From the NCBI GenBank assembly GCA_965228895.1, contig OZ245842.1, positions 2,191,072 through 2,255,071 of the forward strand: DNA of 64,000 nucleotides. Reading direction: 5' to 3'. Source of the DNA: Alphaproteobacteria bacterium (GTDB lineage: Bacteria > Pseudomonadota > Alphaproteobacteria > SP197). The notes below the pieces were generated by a model. It was not told where the DNA came from. It made no database searches and worked only from the letters and a program-made list of their open reading frames with translations. The translations under genes and the position numbers were made by a program. Positions 10,688 through 22,547 of the stretch are shown one piece after another; position 1 is the stretch's first letter; the number at the start of each line of letters is the position of its first letter.

Positions 10688-12010
10688 ATGCGACTGTCCC
10701 GATACTTCCTGCCGACCATGAAGGAGACGCCTGCCGAGGCGCAGATTGCCTCGCACCGGCTGATGCTACGCGCCGGCATGATCCGCCAATCGAGCGCCGG
10801 TATCTATTCCTGGCTGCCGCTAGGTTTTCGCGTGCTCAAGAACATCGAGCGCATCGTGCGTGAGGAGATGGATGCGGCCGGCGGCCAGGAAGTCCTGATG
10901 CCGACCATCCAGCCCGCCGACCTGTGGCGCGAGAGCGGCCGCTACGATGCCTATGGGCCGGAGATGCTCCGGATTCGCGACCGACACGATCGCGAGATGC
11001 TCTATGGGCCCACCAACGAAGACCAGATCACGGAAATCTTCCGCGATTCCGTCCGTAGTTACCGCGACCTGCCGAAAAACCTCTATCACATCCAGTGGAA
11101 GTTCCGAGACGAGGTGAGGCCGCGCTTCGGCATCATGCGCGGGCGCGAGTTCTACATGAAGGATGCCTATTCCTTCGACCTGGACTTCGAGTCGTCGAAG
11201 CGTTCGTACAACATCATGTTCGTCACCTACCTGAGGACCTTCGCGCGCATGGGCATCCGGGCGATCCCGATGGTCGCCGATACCGGACCGATCGGCGGTG
11301 ACCTCTCCCACGAGTTCATCGTCTTGGCCGATACCGGCGAGACCGGTGTTTTTGCCGAGCAGGCGCTGTTGGACCGCGATCCCATTGCCGAAGACATCGA
11401 CCTTGAAGGCGATCTCGATGCGGTCGTTCAGTCGTGGACCTCGCGCTATGCGGCAACGGACGAAAAACACGATCCCGCCAACTGCCCGGTCGACGAAAGC
11501 CAGCTTGTCCAGGCGCGCGGTATCGAGGTCGGTCAGATCTTCTATTTCGGCACGACGTATTCGAAGCCGATGAATTGTCTGGTCACGCTGCCGGACGGTG
11601 AGCGCGTACCGATCCATGGCGGTTCCTATGGCATCGGCGTGTCGCGTCTCGTCGGCGCCATCATCGAGGCAAGCCACGACGACGCGGGCATCATCTGGCC
11701 TGACGCGGTCGCGCCGTTCGCGGTCGGCCTGATCAACCTGAAGACCGGCAGTCCGGAATGTGATGCCGCTGCCGATGATCTCTATAACCAACTCAACGAT
11801 GCCGGCATTGAGGTACTTTATGATGACCGTGAGGAACGGGCAGGGGTCAAGTTCGCCGAGATGGACCTGATCGGCCTTCCCTGGCAGTTGACGGTCGGAC
11901 CGCGTGGCCTCAAGAACAACGTTGTCGAGCTGAAGCGTCGGGCGTCAGGCGACACGCGTGAGGTGGCGCCGGCCGCCGCCTTGGCTGAAATCATCGATAG
12001 CGCCCTATGA
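10688..12010 (+). CDS. proS: Proline--tRNA ligase (short alphaproteobacterial type)
   Basis: 440 aa with [34 protein letters not shown] and class II aaRS motifs. Confidence 0.9.
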   Translation: MRLSRYFLPTMKETPAEAQIASHRLMLRAGMIRQSSAGIYSWLPLGFRVLKNIERIVREEMDAAGGQEVLMPTIQPADLWRESGRYDAYGPEMLRIRDRHDREMLYGPTNEDQITEIFRDSVRSYRDLPKNLYHIQWKFRDEVRPRFGIMRGREFYMKDAYSFDLDFESSKRSYNIMFVTYLRTFARMGIRAIPMVADTGPIGGDLSHEFIVLADTGETGVFAEQALLDRDPIAEDIDLEGDLDAVVQSWTSRYAATDEKHDPANCPVDESQLVQARGIEVGQIFYFGTTYSKPMNCLVTLPDGERVPIHGGSYGIGVSRLVGAIIEASHDDAGIIWPDAVAPFAVGLINLKTGSPECDAAADDLYNQLNDAGIEVLYDDREERAGVKFAEMDLIGLPWQLTVGPRGLKNNVVELKRRASGDTREVAPAAALAEIIDSAL

Positions 12011-13251
12011 TTACCGCGTTCGAGCGCACTGTCGCGTTCCGTTACCTGCGCTCTCGGCGACAGGAAGGCTTCATATCGGTCACCGCCGCGTTTTCGTTGT
12101 TGGGTATCTGCCTGGGCGTGGCAGCCTTGATCATCGTCATGTCGGTGATGAACGGGTTTCGCCACGAGCTCATCACACGCATCCTGGGTTTCAACGGTCA
12201 TGTGACCGTGCTCGGCACGGGCGGTCTCAACATCGGCAACTACGACGAACTGGCGTTGCGGCTGAGCGAGATCGACGGCGTCGTCCTGGCGACGCCGATG
12301 ATCCAGGGTCAGGTGCTGGCGACGTCGCCAAACGCGCAATCGGGTGCTGTCGTGCGCGGCCTGACGCCAGAGGGGTTCAAAGACCAGACGCTGATTGCCG
12401 ACAGCGTGAAGATCGGTTCGATCGACAACTTTGGGACTGAGCCCGGCGTCATCGTCGGTGCCCAGTTGATGCATCGACTTGGTCTGAATTACGGCGACAA
12501 CATCACGCTGATATCGCCCAAGGGTGTGCCGACTGCCTTTGGTACCGTGCCACGATCTGTCGCCTATCCGATCGTCGGTGTCTTTGAGGTCGGCATGTAT
12601 GAGTTCGACAGCAGCGTCGTCTTCATGCCGCTCGATCAGGCGCAGGTCTATTTCAGGCTTGAGGATGCGGTCACCCAGGTCGAGCTCAACATCGATACGC
12701 CGAACGAACCGTTCGCCGTGCGCCGCGAGGCCCAGCAAGTCGCCAACCCGTTCTATGTCGTCGACTGGCAGCAGACCAACCGCCACCTCTATGGCGCGCT
12801 CCAGGTCGAACGTAACGTCATGTTCCTGATCCTGACGCTGATCATCCTGGTCGCCGCCTTCAACATCATTTCCAGCCTGATCATGCTGGTGAAGGACAAG
12901 AACGCGGATATCGCGATCATGCGCACCATGGGCGCGACACGTGGCGCGCTGCTCCGGATCTTCCTTTTGACCGGCGCCAGCATCGGCATCATCGGCACGG
13001 CGCTCGGCCTGATCATCGGCATCCTCTTCTGCCTCAACATCGAGAGCATTCGCCAGTTCATTCAGGTGCTGACCAGCACGGAACTGTTCCCGGCGGAGGT
13101 CTACTTCCTGGCCGAGCTGCCGGCGCGCGTCGAATGGGTCGAGGTCATCTCCATCGTCGTCATGGCGCTGGTGCTGACCTTCCTGGCGACGCTCTATCCG
13201 GCGTGGCGCGCCGCGCGCGTCGATCCGGCGGAGGCGCTGCGTTATGAGTGA
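12007..13251 (+). CDS. lolE: Lipoprotein-releasing system transmembrane permease (LolC/LolE family)
   Basis: 414 aa FtsX-like permease with MacB-like periplasmic domain. Stop/start overlaps with proS and lolD. Confidence 0.85.
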   Translation: MITAFERTVAFRYLRSRRQEGFISVTAAFSLLGICLGVAALIIVMSVMNGFRHELITRILGFNGHVTVLGTGGLNIGNYDELALRLSEIDGVVLATPMIQGQVLATSPNAQSGAVVRGLTPEGFKDQTLIADSVKIGSIDNFGTEPGVIVGAQLMHRLGLNYGDNITLISPKGVPTAFGTVPRSVAYPIVGVFEVGMYEFDSSVVFMPLDQAQVYFRLEDAVTQVELNIDTPNEPFAVRREAQQVANPFYVVDWQQTNRHLYGALQVERNVMFLILTLIILVAAFNIISSLIMLVKDKNADIAIMRTMGATRGALLRIFLLTGASIGIIGTALGLIIGILFCLNIESIRQFIQVLTSTELFPAEVYFLAELPARVEWVEVISIVVMALVLTFLATLYPAWRAARVDPAEALRYE

Positions 13252-13924
13252 CGCGGCGCTGCAGCTCAAGTCGATCGAGCGGACCTTTCATCAGGGCGGC
13301 CAGGACCTACATGTGCTGCGCGGTCTGAACCTGACCTTGCGCCGTGGCGAGATTGCCGCGCTGGTCGGGCCGTCGGGCGCGGGCAAGTCGACGCTGCTCT
13401 ATATCGCCGGGTTGCTGGAACGGCCCGATGCCGGCGAGATCATCATTGCCGGCGACGTCTGCAACGTCATGCGCGACGATGCCCGCACGGCATTGCGCCG
13501 CCGCTATCTGGGCTTCGTCTACCAATTCCATCATCTGTTGCCGGAGTTCTCGGCGCTGGAGAACGTCGTCCTGCCCCAGATGATTGCCGGAAGCGGCAAG
13601 CGGGCGGCGCGCAAACAGGCCCGCGCCTTGCTGGAGGCCATGGGCTTGAAGGAGCGGGAAACACATCGTCCGGCGCAGCTTTCCGGCGGTGAACAGCAGC
13701 GGGTCGCCATCGCGCGCGCACTCGCCAACAACCCCGCCGTGCTGCTGGCCGACGAGCCGACCGGTAATCTGGATCACGATACCGCGCTGGAAGTCATGGC
13801 CGTGCTGGCCCGTCAGGTCCAGGAACGCGGGCTTGCCGCCCTGGTCGCCACGCACAATCTGGAGCTCGCCGCCAGCATGGACCGGATCGTTCGCCTCGAG
13901 GACGGTGTCCTCCACGCAGGTTGA
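13244..13924 (+). CDS. lolD: Lipoprotein-releasing system ATP-binding protein
   Basis: 226 aa ABC ATPase. Walker [10 protein letters not shown], signature [15 protein letters not shown], Walker [12 protein letters not shown]. Confidence 0.9.
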   Translation: MSDAALQLKSIERTFHQGGQDLHVLRGLNLTLRRGEIAALVGPSGAGKSTLLYIAGLLERPDAGEIIIAGDVCNVMRDDARTALRRRYLGFVYQFHHLLPEFSALENVVLPQMIAGSGKRAARKQARALLEAMGLKERETHRPAQLSGGEQQRVAIARALANNPAVLLADEPTGNLDHDTALEVMAVLARQVQERGLAALVATHNLELAASMDRIVRLEDGVLHAG

Positions 13925-13978
13925 CCGAGATTTCCACAAGGCGACCTGACGCCTTTCCCTTGGCGCAGGCGCGCCATC

Positions 13979-16900
13979 GTGGAATCCTCCGCCATGGTCG
14001 CTGACTTCATCCATCTGAGGGTCCATAGCCCGTATTCCCTGCTGGAAGGCGCGGTCAAGATCCCCGATTTGGTTGATTTGGCGGTCCGCCACGACATGCC
14101 GGCGATGGCCATTACCGATACCGGCAACATGTTCGGCGTATTGGAGTTTTCCGCCAAGTGTGCGGAGACCGGCGTCCAGCCGATCATCGGCCTGCTGCTG
14201 GCAATCAGCGATGGCGATCAGCCGCATAACGCGCCGGACGAGCGCCTTCTTTTGCTGGCCCAGGACGAGACCGGCTACGCCAACCTCTTGAAGCTGGTCA
14301 GCCGGTCCTATCTGGAGAGCGAGCCCGGCGACACCGCGCATGTCTCGTGGTCGGTCCTGGGCGAGCACAGCGAGGGAATCATCGCGCTGACCGGCGGGCC
14401 GGGCGGCCCGATCAACAGCCTGATCGTCAACGGGCAGCTTGACGCGGCGCGCGAGCGGATCGCCGAGCTTCAGGCTATGTTCCCGGACCGGCTCTACATC
14501 GAACTGCAGCGCCATGAGCTGGCGGTCGAGCGCCAGGCCGAAGCCGACCTTGTCGCGATCGCCTATGAGCGTGAGTTGCCGCTGGTCGCGACCAACGACG
14601 TCATGTTCAAGGACGTCGCCATGCATCAGGCCCACGACGCGCTCATGTGCATCGCCGGCGGCACAACGGTGAACCAACCTCAGCGCCGGCATGCCTCGCC
14701 CCAGCAGTACTTCAAGTCCGCCGAGGAGATGTGCCACCGATTCGCGGATTTGCCCGAGGCGACCGCCAACACACTGGCCATCGCGCGGCGATGCGGTGTG
14801 ATGGCGCCAAAACGCGATCCGATCCTGCCCCGGTTTCCCACGTCTGACGGCATCAGCGAGGCCGACGAACTGCGCAATCAGGCACGCGAAGGGCTCGACG
14901 AGAGGCTCGCGGCTTGTTTCTCGACGGGGGCTCTGGAGGAAGACAACCGCGAGGCGCTCACGAAAGAATACCGGGAGCGCCTGGAATACGAACTCGACGT
15001 CATCGTCGGCATGGAGTTCCCCGGTTACTTCCTGATCGTTGCCGATTTCATCAAGTGGGCCAAACAGCAGGATATTCCGGTTGGACCCGGGCGTGGTTCC
15101 GGCGCCGGTTCGGTCGTCGCCTGGTCGCTGACCATTACCGATCTCGATCCCATTCGCTTCGGCCTGCTGTTCGAGCGGTTCTTGAACCCCGAACGTGTGT
15201 CGATGCCGGATTTCGACATCGATTTCTGCCAGGACCGGCGCGACGAGGTCATCCGCTACGTTCAGGAACGTTACGGCCATGATCAGGTCGCCCAGATCAT
15301 CACCTTCGGTACCTTGCAGGCACGCGCCGTGGTGCGCGATGTCGGCCGGGTTCTGGAGATGCCTTATGGCCAGGTCGACAGGCTGGCCAAGCTGGTGCCG
15401 GCCAACCCGGCCAACCCGGTCAAGCTGAGGGACGCCATTGCCGGCGAGCCGCAATTGCAGGAGGCTCGTGACAGCGACGAACAGGTCGCCCGGCTGCTCG
15501 ATATCGCGCTGAAGCTGGAGGGCCTCTACCGGCACGCCAGCACCCATGCCGCCGGTGTGGTGATCGGCGACCGGCCGCTCGACGAGCTGGTGCCGCTCTA
15601 CCGCGATCCGCGCTCGGATATGCCGGTTACCCAGTTCCACATGAAGGACGTTGAGAAGGCCGGTCTGGTCAAGTTCGACTTTCTGGGCCTAAAGACGCTG
15701 ACCGTGCTGCAATACGCGGTCCGTTATCTGGCCGAGGGCGGCCTTGATCTGGATCTGGCGAACCTGCCGCTCGACGACAAGGCTGCCTATGAGGTGCTGG
15801 GCCGTGCTGAGACGGTCGGCATCTTCCAGTTGGAAGGCCAGGGCATGCGCGATGCCTTGCGCCAGCTCAAGGCCGACAAGATTGAAGACATCATCGCCAT
15901 GGTGGCGCTCTATCGCCCGGGACCGATGGACAACATCCCCAGCTTCATCGCCCGCAAACACGGCGATGAAGAGGTCGACTATCTGGAGCCGCGCCTGAAG
16001 GAGATGCTGACCGAGACCTATGGCGTCATCATCTACCAGGAACAGGTGATGGAAATCGCCAAGATCCTGTCGGGCTATAGCCTGGGCGATGCCGACCTTC
16101 TGCGCCGCGCCATGGGCAAAAAGATCAAGGCGGAGATGGACGCCCAACGCGAGCGCTTCGTGTCCGGCGCGATGGAGCGCGACCTCAAGGAATCCAAGGC
16201 GAGCTACATCTTCGATCTGGTCGCCAAGTTCGCGGGCTACGGTTTTAACAAGAGCCACGCCGCAGCCTACGCACTGATCGCCTATCAGACGGCTTATCTG
16301 AAGGCCAACCACCCCGTCGAGTTCCTGGCCGCATCGATGACGCTCGACATGGGCACAACCGACAAGCTCAATGTCTTCCGTCAGGAACTGAACCGCCTGG
16401 AGATCGAACTGCTACCGCCCGACGTTAACGCGTCCGGCGTCGAGTTTACGGTCGAGCGGCGCGAGGATGGGACCAAGGCCGTGCGCTATGCCCTGGCGGC
16501 GATCAAGAATGTCGGCGCCCAGGCCATGGCGGATCTGGTGGCCGAGCGCGAGGCGAACGGCCCGTTCACCGACTTGTTCGACTTCGCCCAGCGCTTGGAA
16601 AACCGGGTCATGAACAAACGCCAGGTCGAAAATCTGGCACGTGCCGGTGCCTTCGATCGGCTGGAACCGAACCGGGCAAAGGTTGTCGGCAATGTCGACC
16701 TTTTGGTCCGCTTCAACACGGTGGCCGCCGAGGAGCGCGAAAGTCAGCAGGAAAGCCTGTTCGGCGGCGGTGGCGGCGGCGAGGGGCCCGCGCTGCCCAA
16801 TCTTGCCGAGGTCGACGATTGGCTGCCAAGCGATCGGTTGCGTGAGGAGTTCGAGGCGATTGGCTTTCATCTGACCGCGCATCCGCTTGAGCCGTATGCC

Positions 16901-17524
16901 GAGGCCCTCGATCGGATGGGTGTTGTGACCTTCACTGAGGCAAGCGATCGTGCGCTTAATCAGGGCGCCAGCGTCTTCAAGCTGGCGGGTGTACCGGTCT
17001 CGCGTCGTGAGCGGACCAGCGGTAAGGGCTCGCGCTTTGCCTTCGCGATGGTGTCGGATACCAGCGGGTCCCACGAAATCGTGCTGTTTTCAGAGGTCCT
17101 GGCCGCCAGTCGCGACCTACTGGACGACCAAAAGCCGGTTTTGATCGATGCCAGCGCCCGGGTCGACGGCGATACGGTCAAGTTTTCGGCCAATCGGCTG
17201 GAACCGCTCGATCAGGCCGCCGCCAGCGCCTCCGCCGCGTTTCAGGTCTGCATTACCGATCCCTGCGCCTTGCCGCGCCTCAGAAACTTCCTGGAAACCG
17301 CGGATTCGGGGAAAGGGCGGATCCTTTTGGTGATCGAGCAGGATTCGCGCCGTGTCGAGGTCGCCCTGCCGGATCGTTATGCCCTGTCGCCGGGCTTGCG
17401 GAGCTCCATCGAGGCGCTCAACGGGATCGGCGAGGTGATCGACCAGGAAAAGACCTCAGGCAGGCGCCAAACCGCTTGGCGCCCGGATCACCAAACCCTT
17501 GAAACCTCGGGCGCGGCGCGCTAA
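13979..17524 (+). CDS. dnaE: DNA polymerase III alpha subunit
   Basis: 1181 aa. PHP domain start FIHLRVHSPYSLLEGA, and conserved polymerase core. Alternative start at Met 13994. Confidence 0.95.
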   Translation: MESSAMVADFIHLRVHSPYSLLEGAVKIPDLVDLAVRHDMPAMAITDTGNMFGVLEFSAKCAETGVQPIIGLLLAISDGDQPHNAPDERLLLLAQDETGYANLLKLVSRSYLESEPGDTAHVSWSVLGEHSEGIIALTGGPGGPINSLIVNGQLDAARERIAELQAMFPDRLYIELQRHELAVERQAEADLVAIAYERELPLVATNDVMFKDVAMHQAHDALMCIAGGTTVNQPQRRHASPQQYFKSAEEMCHRFADLPEATANTLAIARRCGVMAPKRDPILPRFPTSDGISEADELRNQAREGLDERLAACFSTGALEEDNREALTKEYRERLEYELDVIVGMEFPGYFLIVADFIKWAKQQDIPVGPGRGSGAGSVVAWSLTITDLDPIRFGLLFERFLNPERVSMPDFDIDFCQDRRDEVIRYVQERYGHDQVAQIITFGTLQARAVVRDVGRVLEMPYGQVDRLAKLVPANPANPVKLRDAIAGEPQLQEARDSDEQVARLLDIALKLEGLYRHASTHAAGVVIGDRPLDELVPLYRDPRSDMPVTQFHMKDVEKAGLVKFDFLGLKTLTVLQYAVRYLAEGGLDLDLANLPLDDKAAYEVLGRAETVGIFQLEGQGMRDALRQLKADKIEDIIAMVALYRPGPMDNIPSFIARKHGDEEVDYLEPRLKEMLTETYGVIIYQEQVMEIAKILSGYSLGDADLLRRAMGKKIKAEMDAQRERFVSGAMERDLKESKASYIFDLVAKFAGYGFNKSHAAAYALIAYQTAYLKANHPVEFLAASMTLDMGTTDKLNVFRQELNRLEIELLPPDVNASGVEFTVERREDGTKAVRYALAAIKNVGAQAMADLVAEREANGPFTDLFDFAQRLENRVMNKRQVENLARAGAFDRLEPNRAKVVGNVDLLVRFNTVAAEERESQQESLFGGGGGGEGPALPNLAEVDDWLPSDRLREEFEAIGFHLTAHPLEPYAEALDRMGVVTFTEASDRALNQGASVFKLAGVPVSRRERTSGKGSRFAFAMVSDTSGSHEIVLFSEVLAASRDLLDDQKPVLIDASARVDGDTVKFSANRLEPLDQAAASASAAFQVCITDPCALPRLRNFLETADSGKGRILLVIEQDSRRVEVALPDRYALSPGLRSSIEALNGIGEVIDQEKTSGRRQTAWRPDHQTLETSGAAR

Positions 17525-17586
17525 AAGCCGCTCCTTAAACCGCACGCGGACCTAAGGCTCCAGGGCTTTGCCCCAGCCATCCGGTG

Positions 17587-17606
17587 CCGGCTTCGGCCGG
17601 TTCTGT
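17587..17606 (+). terminator. Candidate intrinsic terminator downstream of dnaE
   Basis: CCGGC-TTCG-GCCGG stem with UUCG tetraloop, followed by TTCTGT, about 60 nt after the dnaE stop. Confidence 0.45.
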
Positions 17607-17641
17607 CCGCGGAGGCCCAACCGGTAAAGGAGACGACATCC

Positions 17642-18559
17642 ATGGCGATGCCGCAATTTTCTATGCGCCAGCTTCTGGAAGCAGGCGTTCATTTTGGTCA
17701 CCAGACACGCCGTTGGAACCCGAAGATGGAGCAGTTCATCTTTGGCGAACGCAACGACGTCCACATCATCGACCTGCAGCAGACCGTGCCGATGCTGCGC
17801 CACACCTTGCAGACCATCCGCGACGTGGTGGCAGGCGGCGGGCGCGTGCTGTTCGTCGGCACCAAGCGTCAGGCCCAGGATCCGATCGCGGATTCCGCGC
17901 GGCGCTGCAGCCAGTACTTCGTCAACCACCGCTGGCTCGGTGGCATGATGACGAACTGGAAGACCATCTCGCATTCGATCAAGCGTCTGCGCGATCTGGA
18001 AGAGCAACTTGATGGCGATCTGGCCGGCCTGACCAAGAAAGAGATCCTGAAGATGACCCGCGAGCGCGACAAGCTGGAGCGCGCGCTGGGTGGCATCAAG
18101 GACATGGGCGGTTTGCCCGATATCCTGTTCGTGATCGATACCAACAAGGAAGACATCGCGATCGCGGAAGCCAACAAGCTGGGCATTCCGATTGCCGCGA
18201 TCATCGACAGCAACTCCGATCCCGACGGTATCGCGCTGCCGATCCCCGGCAACGACGACGCAATCCGCGCGATCAATCTCTATTGCGACCTGATCGCTGA
18301 CGCGGTCCTGGACGGCATTCAGGAAGAACTGTCGCAATCGGGCGCCGATCTGGGTGAGTTGGACGCCGTGGCGGAACCGGCCCTTGAGGTTGAGGTCGTG
18401 GTTGAAGCCGAGCAGCCGGCAGCCGAGGCGACGCCGGCCGAAGGAGCGCCCGCCGAGGCCGCTGAAGCCGCGCCGGCAGAAACGCCGGCTCCGGCCGATG
18501 AGGCCGCGCCCAAGGCCGATGCCGCCCCCGCAGCGGCGGAAGAAGAAAAGAAAGACTGA
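17642..18559 (+). CDS. rpsB: 30S ribosomal protein S2 with acidic Ala/Glu/Pro-rich C-terminal tail
   Basis: 305 aa. [29 protein letters not shown] is the S2 signature. AAAGGAG ribosome-binding site. Confidence 0.95.
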   Translation: MAMPQFSMRQLLEAGVHFGHQTRRWNPKMEQFIFGERNDVHIIDLQQTVPMLRHTLQTIRDVVAGGGRVLFVGTKRQAQDPIADSARRCSQYFVNHRWLGGMMTNWKTISHSIKRLRDLEEQLDGDLAGLTKKEILKMTRERDKLERALGGIKDMGGLPDILFVIDTNKEDIAIAEANKLGIPIAAIIDSNSDPDGIALPIPGNDDAIRAINLYCDLIADAVLDGIQEELSQSGADLGELDAVAEPALEVEVVVEAEQPAAEATPAEGAPAEAAEAAPAETPAPADEAAPKADAAPAAAEEEKKD

Positions 18560-18630
18560 TGTCGGCGGCCAATCCCGCCGCCTAGCGTGCAGGCAGCGAA
18601 CCGCCAACCCGACGATAACGGAGAATACCG

Positions 18631-19566
18631 ATGGCAGAGATTACGGCTGCGCTGGTTAAACAGCTACGCGACAAGACCGGCGCCGGCATGATGGATTGCA
18701 AGAAAGCACTTGCCGAAAACGATGGCGACATCGACGCCGCCGTCGACTGGCTGCGCACCAAGGGCCTGGCCGCTGCCGCAAAGAAGGCCGGCCGCGTCGC
18801 GTCCGAAGGCCTGGTCGGCGTCGCGGTCAGCGATGACGGCAAGTCCGGCGCACTGATCGAGATCAACGCCGAGACCGACTTCGTTGCCCGCAACGACACC
18901 TTCCAGGCTTTCGTCAGCCAGTGCGCCACGCTCGCCTTGGAGAGCGGCGGCGATATCGATCGTTTGGCCGGCATGGCCTATCCCGGCGGTGACGGCTCGG
19001 TCCAGGACCATCTGGTCAGCCTGGTCGCGACCATCGGCGAGAACATGCAGCTTCGCCGCGCCGGCGCCGTCAGTGTCGATGACGGCGTTGTCGCCAGCTA
19101 CGTGCACTCGGCCGCCGCGCCGGGCATCGGTAAGATCGGTGTCCTGGTCGCGCTTGAGTCGACCGGCGATAAGGAAAAGCTCGCGGCGCTTGGCAAACAG
19201 CTTGCTATGCACGTTGCCGCCACCAAGCCGGAGGCCGTCAGTGTCGACGACCTGGATCAGGCCTTGGTCGAGCGCGAGCGCAACGTGCTGGCCGAGCAGG
19301 CACGCGAGTCCGGTAAGCCCGAAGAGATCATCGCCAAGATGGTCGAGGGACGGCTGCGGAAATTCTATGAGGAAGTCGTGCTGGCCGAGCAGACCTTCGT
19401 GATCGACGGCGAGACCCGTATCGCCAAGGTGCTTGAGGGCGCGACAAAAGACGTCGGTGCGCCGGTGGCAGTCGCCGGTTTCATACGCTTTGGCCTGGGC
19501 GAAGGCATCGACAAGAAGGAAGACGATTTCGCCGCCGAAGTGGCGGCCATGGCAAGCGGTTCCTAA
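18631..19566 (+). CDS. tsf: Elongation factor Ts
   Basis: 311 aa with [42 protein letters not shown]. Confidence 0.95.
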   Translation: MAEITAALVKQLRDKTGAGMMDCKKALAENDGDIDAAVDWLRTKGLAAAAKKAGRVASEGLVGVAVSDDGKSGALIEINAETDFVARNDTFQAFVSQCATLALESGGDIDRLAGMAYPGGDGSVQDHLVSLVATIGENMQLRRAGAVSVDDGVVASYVHSAAAPGIGKIGVLVALESTGDKEKLAALGKQLAMHVAATKPEAVSVDDLDQALVERERNVLAEQARESGKPEEIIAKMVEGRLRKFYEEVVLAEQTFVIDGETRIAKVLEGATKDVGAPVAVAGFIRFGLGEGIDKKEDDFAAEVAAMASGS

Positions 19567-19707
19567 GTTCGGTTGCCGGCGGGATTGGCGCCATCTTTGC
19601 CTCCTGGCTGCCAGCTAGGCGGCGCCGTCCGATTCCGCTAAGGTCAGCCCCGCTCGCCAGGCACGGTACTGCCGTGACGCGCGGGGCCAAGGACCACCAA
19701 GGGGACA

Positions 19708-20448
19708 GTGAGGCTGCGGGTGGGCGCTGACTATCATCGTGCGCTGATCAAAATTTCAGGGGAAGCCCTGATGGGCGATCAGCCTTATGGGGTCGATACG
19801 GCCCAGGTTGATCGTATTGCCGCCGATGTCGCCAAGGCGCGGGACTTGGGCGTCCAGATCGGCCTGGTCGTCGGCGGCGGCAATATCTTTCGCGGTGTCG
19901 CCGGTGCCGCCCAAGGTATGGAGCGCTCGACCGCCGATTACATGGGCATGCTGGCGACGGTCATCAACGCGCTAGCGCTGGAAAACGCGTTGGAGCGGGC
20001 CGGGCTCGACGCCCGCGTCCAGTCGGCGATCCCGATGCCGACCGTGTGTGAGCCCTATGTCCGGCCCCGTGCGCTCAAACACATGGAAAGCGGCCGTGTC
20101 GTCATTTTTGCGGCGGGTACCGGTAACCCGTTCTTCACGACCGACACGGCAGCGGCGCTGCGTGCCGTCGAGACCAACTGTGACGTCTTTTTGAAGGCGA
20201 CTCAGGTCGATGGCGTCTATTCTGACGACCCGAAGAAAAACCCGCAGGCGGAGAGGTTTGACCGGCTAACCTATCATGAGGTGCTGACTCGCGATTTGAA
20301 GGTCATGGACGCGACAGCCATTTCGCTGTCACGCGAAAACCGTCTGCCTGTGTTGGTCTTTTCGATACACGAGTCCGGTGCCTTGGCCGATGCCTTGGTC
20401 GGCAAGGGGCGCCATACCTTGATTACCGAGGGAGGAGACGGTGGCTGA
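19708..20448 (+). CDS. pyrH: UMP kinase
   Basis: 246 aa. KISGEAL and GGGNIFRG motifs are present. GTG start with AAGGGGA ribosome-binding site. Confidence 0.9.
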   Translation: MRLRVGADYHRALIKISGEALMGDQPYGVDTAQVDRIAADVAKARDLGVQIGLVVGGGNIFRGVAGAAQGMERSTADYMGMLATVINALALENALERAGLDARVQSAIPMPTVCEPYVRPRALKHMESGRVVIFAAGTGNPFFTTDTAAALRAVETNCDVFLKATQVDGVYSDDPKKNPQAERFDRLTYHEVLTRDLKVMDATAISLSRENRLPVLVFSIHESGALADALVGKGRHTLITEGGDGG

Positions 20449-20998
20449 TCCCGATCTTAAAGATCTCAAGCGGCGTATGGACGGCGCTGTCGAGGTACTG
20501 AAACGAGAGTTCGCGGGACTGCGAACGGGCCGAGCGTCCGCGAGCCTGCTGGAGCCCATCACCGTCGAGGCCTATGGCAGCGAGATGCCGATCAATCAGG
20601 TGGGCAATATCGGCGTGCCGGAGCCGCGTCTCCTGACGGTGCAGGTCTGGGACAAGGATCTGGTCAAGAAAGTCGAAAACGCGATCCGCAACTCCGATCT
20701 CGGTCTCAACCCCCAGACCGACGGTCAGTTGGTGCGTATCCCCATTCCTCAGCTTGATGAAGAGCGCCGCGGCGATCTGTCGAAGATCGCCGCCAAGTAC
20801 GCCGAGCAGGCAAAGATCGCGGTTCGCAACGTGCGCCGCGACGGTATGGATCTGCTAAAGCGGATGGAAAAGGACGGCGAGATGTCGAAGGACGAGCATC
20901 ATCTGTGGTCCGACGAGATCCAGCAGTTGACCGACAAAGAAGCCGAAAAGATCGACGGTCTGCTTGAGACCAAACAAGCCGAGATCATGCAGGTTTGA
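20441..20998 (+). CDS. frr: Ribosome recycling factor
   Basis: 185 aa conserved throughout. Confidence 0.95.
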   Translation: MADPDLKDLKRRMDGAVEVLKREFAGLRTGRASASLLEPITVEAYGSEMPINQVGNIGVPEPRLLTVQVWDKDLVKKVENAIRNSDLGLNPQTDGQLVRIPIPQLDEERRGDLSKIAAKYAEQAKIAVRNVRRDGMDLLKRMEKDGEMSKDEHHLWSDEIQQLTDKEAEKIDGLLETKQAEIMQV

Positions 20999-21741
20999 CA
21001 GGCGTCATGGAGTCCGCCCACCAGTTCGATGAGGAGACCGAATCCCCGGAGCACGTGGCCGTCATCATGGACGGCAACGGCCGGTGGGCGCGCTCACGCG
21101 GCTTGCCGCGCATCGCTGGTCATAAGGCAGGAGCCGAAGCGGTGCGCCGGACAATCAAGGCGTGCCGCGTCCTCGGCGTGTCGCACCTGACCCTGTTTGC
21201 GTTTTCATCGGAGAACTGGAAGCGTCCGGCTGATGAGGTCGACGACCTCATGGGTTTGCTCCGGTTCTATATCCGCAAAGAAGTTGAAGAGCTCGACAGA
21301 CAGGGCGTCTCGATACGTTTCATCGGTGCCGATGACGGATTGCCCGAAGACATCCTGAAACTGATTCGCGATACCGAACGAGCCACCCGCGGTAACCGCA
21401 ACCTGGTCCTGACCGTGGCCTTGAACTATGGCAGCCGGGATGAACTGACACGCGCCGCGCGCGCGATCGCCAAGGACGTGGCTGATGGCACTATGACGCC
21501 GGACGATGTCGATGAAGCCGCGATAGCGCAGCGTCTGGATACCCTCGGCATGCCCGATCCCGACCTGATCATCAGGACCAGCGGTGAGCAGCGGTTGAGC
21601 AACTTTCTGCTGTGGCAGGCGGCCTATGCCGAACTGGTGTTCAGTCAGGTCATGTGGCCGGACTTTGACCACGAGGCCCTGAAGAGCGCGATTGACGAGT
21701 ATCAGCGCCGTGAGCGCCGGTATGGCGCGGTGACCGGCTGA
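20995..21741 (+). CDS. uppS: Ditrans,polycis-undecaprenyl-diphosphate synthase
   Basis: 248 aa with [13 protein letters not shown] and FSSENWKRP motifs. Confidence 0.9.
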   Translation: MTGVMESAHQFDEETESPEHVAVIMDGNGRWARSRGLPRIAGHKAGAEAVRRTIKACRVLGVSHLTLFAFSSENWKRPADEVDDLMGLLRFYIRKEVEELDRQGVSIRFIGADDGLPEDILKLIRDTERATRGNRNLVLTVALNYGSRDELTRAARAIAKDVADGTMTPDDVDEAAIAQRLDTLGMPDPDLIIRTSGEQRLSNFLLWQAAYAELVFSQVMWPDFDHEALKSAIDEYQRRERRYGAVTG

Positions 21742-21752
21742 CGACCGCCTCC

Positions 21753-22547
21753 GTGCTGCTCAAACGCATCATGTCCGCCCTGATCATGATCCCGTTGGCC
21801 GTGGCCGCCGTGCTGCTTGGCGGCTGGTGGTTCGCGGGCGCCGCCCTGATTGTTGGCGCGATGGCGCTCTACGAATGGTTCGGGGTGACGGGTGCCAAGG
21901 CGTTGTGGGCGGCAACGGCGGCGTTGATTGCGATCTGGGTCGCCATCGCCGCCCATGGCAGCGTCGCACTGTCCGCTTACCTGCTCATCATGGGTGCCAT
22001 TGGCAGTGCGTTCATATGTCTGGTGCGCGGCGGCGAGGACACTGCCAAATGGGTGGCCATCGGCTTGGCTTATGTGTCCGTTCCCATGGTGGCGTTTATC
22101 TGGTTGATCGAGACGCCAGCCGGAAGCTGGTTGATCTTGTGGCTTTTCGTTGTTGTTTGGGTGACGGATGCCGCTGCCTATGCGACAGGCCGGCTGATCG
22201 GCGGTCCTAAACTGGCGCCGGCGATCAGTCCCGGCAAGACCTGGGCAGGTGCCATTGGTGGGCTGGTCTTCGCGGTGGTTGCGGCTTTCGTTGCCACGCC
22301 CTACCTGCTGATCATGGAAACGCGCGACGCCATCATCCTTGCCGCTTCGATGTCGGTCGTCTCGCAACTAGGCGATCTCGCTGAATCCTGGGTTAAGCGC
22401 CGGTTCAACAAGAAGGACTCCGGCTCCCTGATTCCAGGTCATGGCGGTGTCATGGACCGTGTTGACGGCTTGGTCGCCGCTGGGCCGGTTTTGGCCATCG
22501 TCGTTGCGGTCAGCCCAAGCCTTGCCGCCGCCGCCGGTGCGTCGTGA
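21753..22547 (+). CDS. cdsA: Phosphatidate cytidylyltransferase
   Basis: 264 aa polytopic membrane protein with C-terminal SxxKRxxxxKDxGxxxPGHGGxxDRxD signature. Confidence 0.85.
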   Translation: MLLKRIMSALIMIPLAVAAVLLGGWWFAGAALIVGAMALYEWFGVTGAKALWAATAALIAIWVAIAAHGSVALSAYLLIMGAIGSAFICLVRGGEDTAKWVAIGLAYVSVPMVAFIWLIETPAGSWLILWLFVVVWVTDAAAYATGRLIGGPKLAPAISPGKTWAGAIGGLVFAVVAAFVATPYLLIMETRDAIILAASMSVVSQLGDLAESWVKRRFNKKDSGSLIPGHGGVMDRVDGLVAAGPVLAIVVAVSPSLAAAAGAS

